This document shows positions 61,701 to 64,000 of a DNA stretch of 64,000 nt, piece after piece. The notes beneath the pieces were generated by a model. It made no database searches. It worked only from the letters and a program-made list of their open reading frames with translations, and had not been told where the DNA came from. Source of the stretch: Saccostrea cucullata (taxonomy: Eukaryota); contig NW_026930396.1 in assembly GCF_032062105.1 (NCBI RefSeq), forward strand, positions 186,001 to 250,000, in the 5' to 3' direction. Each line of letters opens with the position of its first letter. Position 1 is the stretch's first letter. Position numbers and translations under genes: made by a program.

Positions 61701-63935
61701 AGTTTTCTACATTACCCAGTCTGTCAAATTTATTTAAAATACTCATGATTGTTGACCTTGGTATACCAAACATTCTCACCAATACTGCTTTATTTGGAGT
61801 GTGGTTTGCAGATTTTATGAGCATTTCTTTTACCTCAGTGCTCAACTTGACTGATTTTCGCTCCATGTTTTCATGTGATGTTTTCAAGTGTTTACAGACA
61901 AATAAATGACAAAATGACGTCACAAAATCATAATTTCTCCAGTCTCTTTATTGAAAGTTTCATTCTATTTCGTTTGTTCAATAAATAGCGCGAGTGAAAA
62001 ATAGTCAAGAAATACATCGCGATTAATCCAACGCCAATAAAAATGACAAATACTTTTGTCCATTGACTATATGTATCATATAAGGCACAGGTCATACCAG
62101 CATTTTTGACATTCGAACCTGTCTCTGTAACAAAGTAAAGATACTGCATGCATGCATGACTGCTATTTACATGTACCAGGCAGCTGCTTTAAATACACCG
62201 TCAGAAACTTGTCTGCAGCTAAGCTTCTCATCCAGGAATGACCAGTTCTCTATTATTGTTCTGGTCAGCTCAGCTATGTTGCAAGGACTTATGGGTAGAT
62301 AAGACGTACTGGTAAAAATCATAAAAATCGGGAAATTCAAAGGTACAAATGTAAAACTGAGATTGTTACAGGTATGGGAAAAAAAACATAGCAACATGGA
62401 ATATCAGTAAATACTGTATTCATCCAAATAAACACCTGGGCACTTTGAAATATATAAAAAAAGGCTACAAATCTAACAGGGGAAGGTGGGGAAGGGTAAA
62501 TTTAAAACACACTGAATATTTACAGTAAAACTCAGTTATAATGAAGTCACTGGGACCTATGAAATTACTTCGTTGTATCCATAATTCTTTATATCCATAT
62601 AAGGAATTCGTTAAATTTGTATAGCTGGGGATCCAAAATAAATTTGTTATATCCATGAATTCGCAATATCCGTGTTCGTACTAAGCGAGTTTTACTGTTT
62701 TAGTTATCAAAGCACCACAGTATTTAAGTTTACTTTATCATTAGGAGTTATACCTTTTTCATTCTGAAAAATGGATTTTTTTCTTTTATTACATTGTACT
62801 TCTAACTTATTGTATCAGGACACAGAGTTATATTGTCTGTCAGTATCATGATATGTATTGTATTGTGAAGTCATCCATTGTAAAGTCCAGCCTAATCCTG
62901 TGTTATTGTAAGTCTAGCCTAATCCTGTGTTATTGTAAGTCTATAATCCTAAGTCTAGCCTAATCCTGTGTTATTGTAAGTCTAGCCTAATCCTGTGTTA
63001 TTGTAAGTCTAGCCTAATCCTGTGTTATTGTAAGTCTAACCTAATCCTGTGTTATTGTAAGTCTAGCCTAATCCTGTGTTATTGTAAGTCTAGCCTAATC
63101 CTGTGTTATTGTAAGTCTAACCTAATCCTGTGTTATTGTAAGTCTAACCTAATCCTGTGATATTGTAAGTCTAGCCTAATCCTGTTTTATTGTAAGTCTA
63201 ACCTAATCCTGTGTTATTGTAAGTTCAGCCTAATCCAGTGTTATTGTAAGTCCAGCCTAATCCAGTGTTATTGTAAGTCTAGCCTAATCCTGTGTTATTG
63301 TAAGTCTAGCCTAATCCTGTGTTATTGTAAGTCTAGCCTAATCCTGTGTTATTGTAAGTCTAGCCTAATCCTGTGCTATTGTAAATCTAGCCTAATCCTG
63401 TGCTATTGTAAGTGTAGCCTAATCCTGTGCTATTGTAAGTCTAGCCTAATCCAGTGTTATTGTAAGTCCAGCCTAATCCAGTGTTATTGTAAGTCTAGCC
63501 TAATCCTGTGTTATTGTAAGTCTAGCCTAATCCTGTGTTATTGTAAGTCTAGCCTAATCCTGTGTTATTGTAAGTCTAGCCTAATCCTGTGTTATTGTAA
63601 GTCCAGCTTAATCTTGTGTTATTGTAAGTCTAACCTAATCCTGTGTTAGTGTAAGTCTAACCTAATCCTGTGTTATTGTAAGTCTAGCCTAATCCTGTGT
63701 TATTGTAAGTCTAACCTAATCCTGTGTTATTGTAAGTCTAACCTAATCCTGTGTTATTGTAAGTCTAACCTAATCCTGTGTTATTGTAAGTCTAACCTAA
63801 TCCTGTGTTATTGTAAGTCTAGTCTAATCTTGTGTTATTGTTAACAGAGACTAGCCCAGCAGTACAGCAAGCCTTTGAGAGTTTTAGGGTGGTACCATTC
63901 TCATCCCCACATCACTGTCTGGCCATCACATGTTG
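58711..63935 (+). CDS. BRCC3: Lys-63-specific deubiquitinase BRCC36 (JAMM/MPN+), exons 1-3, continues beyond the window
   Basis: Exons 58711-58815 (VHLEADAYMVCLTHALSTEREEVMGLLIGE), 59104-59223 (..MLRRSDKQPDRVEISPEQLSDASSKAE) and 63848-63935 (RLAQQYSKPLRVLGWYHSHPHITVWPSHV). JAMM HSH motif. GT-AG introns in frame. Confidence 0.95.
59337..60051. mobile_element. Non-autonomous DNA transposon, TIR CAGGGCTCTC, 5-bp TSD TACTG
   Basis: TACTG|CAGGGCTCTC ... GAGAGCCCTG|TACTG, with a subterminal repeated AACGGCCCCG..CCCA motif. Confidence 0.8.
60734..62069 (-). mobile_element. Tc1-like transposon with a frameshifted DD34E-type transposase pseudogene, in BRCC3 intron 2
   Basis: About 30-bp TIRs CAGTCAATGGACAAAAGTATTTGTCATTTT flanked by TA. 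ORF pieces: HTH..LPRSGR (61923-61681), WGC..FQDNNAPVH..WPAQSPDLNVIE (61489-61022) and SIPDRIKEVIRMKGNLTKY (61025-60843). Confidence 0.93.
62523..62697. mobile_element. Short pogo/Tigger-like MITE
   Basis: TA|CAGTAAAACTCAGTTATAATGAA ... TTCGTACTAAGCGAGTTTTACTG are imperfect TIRs. Confidence 0.7.
62879..63840 (+). repeat. 27-bp minisatellite (TGTAAGTCTAGCCTAATCCTGTGTTAT), about 35 copies
   Basis: Directly visible head-to-tail array with few variants, ending just before the BRCC3 exon 3 acceptor. Confidence 0.97.
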
Positions 63936-64000
63936 GTAAGCACTGATACTCAGCATAACATGAAAAATAAAAATCCAGAAATGCTCTTCTCATCTTGAAA

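Noticed and set aside
62879-63840. CRISPR-like array
   Set aside because: The units are head-to-tail with no unique spacers, there are no cas genes, and the context is a eukaryotic intron. It is a minisatellite.

Overview
AT-rich, intron-containing eukaryotic DNA. The repeat families and gene content suggest a bivalve mollusc, probably an oyster (inference). Six host protein-coding genes are supported. (1) A small Thr-rich single-pass membrane protein (+, 12619-13285). (2) A 21-exon YWTD/EGF/sushi LRP-like receptor of about 1269 aa with an ITAM-spaced tyrosine pair in its tail (-, 26661-14320). (3) A single-exon-CDS GT2 glycosyltransferase carrying the motif set of bacterial beta-1,2-glucan synthases, OpgH/MdoH and Cgs (+, 35594-37582). 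(4) A TRIM RING-Bbox-Bbox-coiled-coil-beta-propeller gene (+). (5) Rap2 (-). (6) The first three exons of BRCC3 (+). The rest is dense in mobile DNA: Penelope-like RT fragments, an RTE-X-like LINE, Tc1 and mariner relics, MITEs, Helentron-type elements with internal tandem repeats, a tRNA-SINE, a miniature LTR element with tRNA-like LTRs, and a 27-bp minisatellite abutting a BRCC3 splice acceptor. The best candidate for a novel system is the OpgH-like gene, an apparently domesticated bacterial-type beta-1,2-glucan synthase in an animal. All calls come from manual reading and remembered family motifs. No searches were run.
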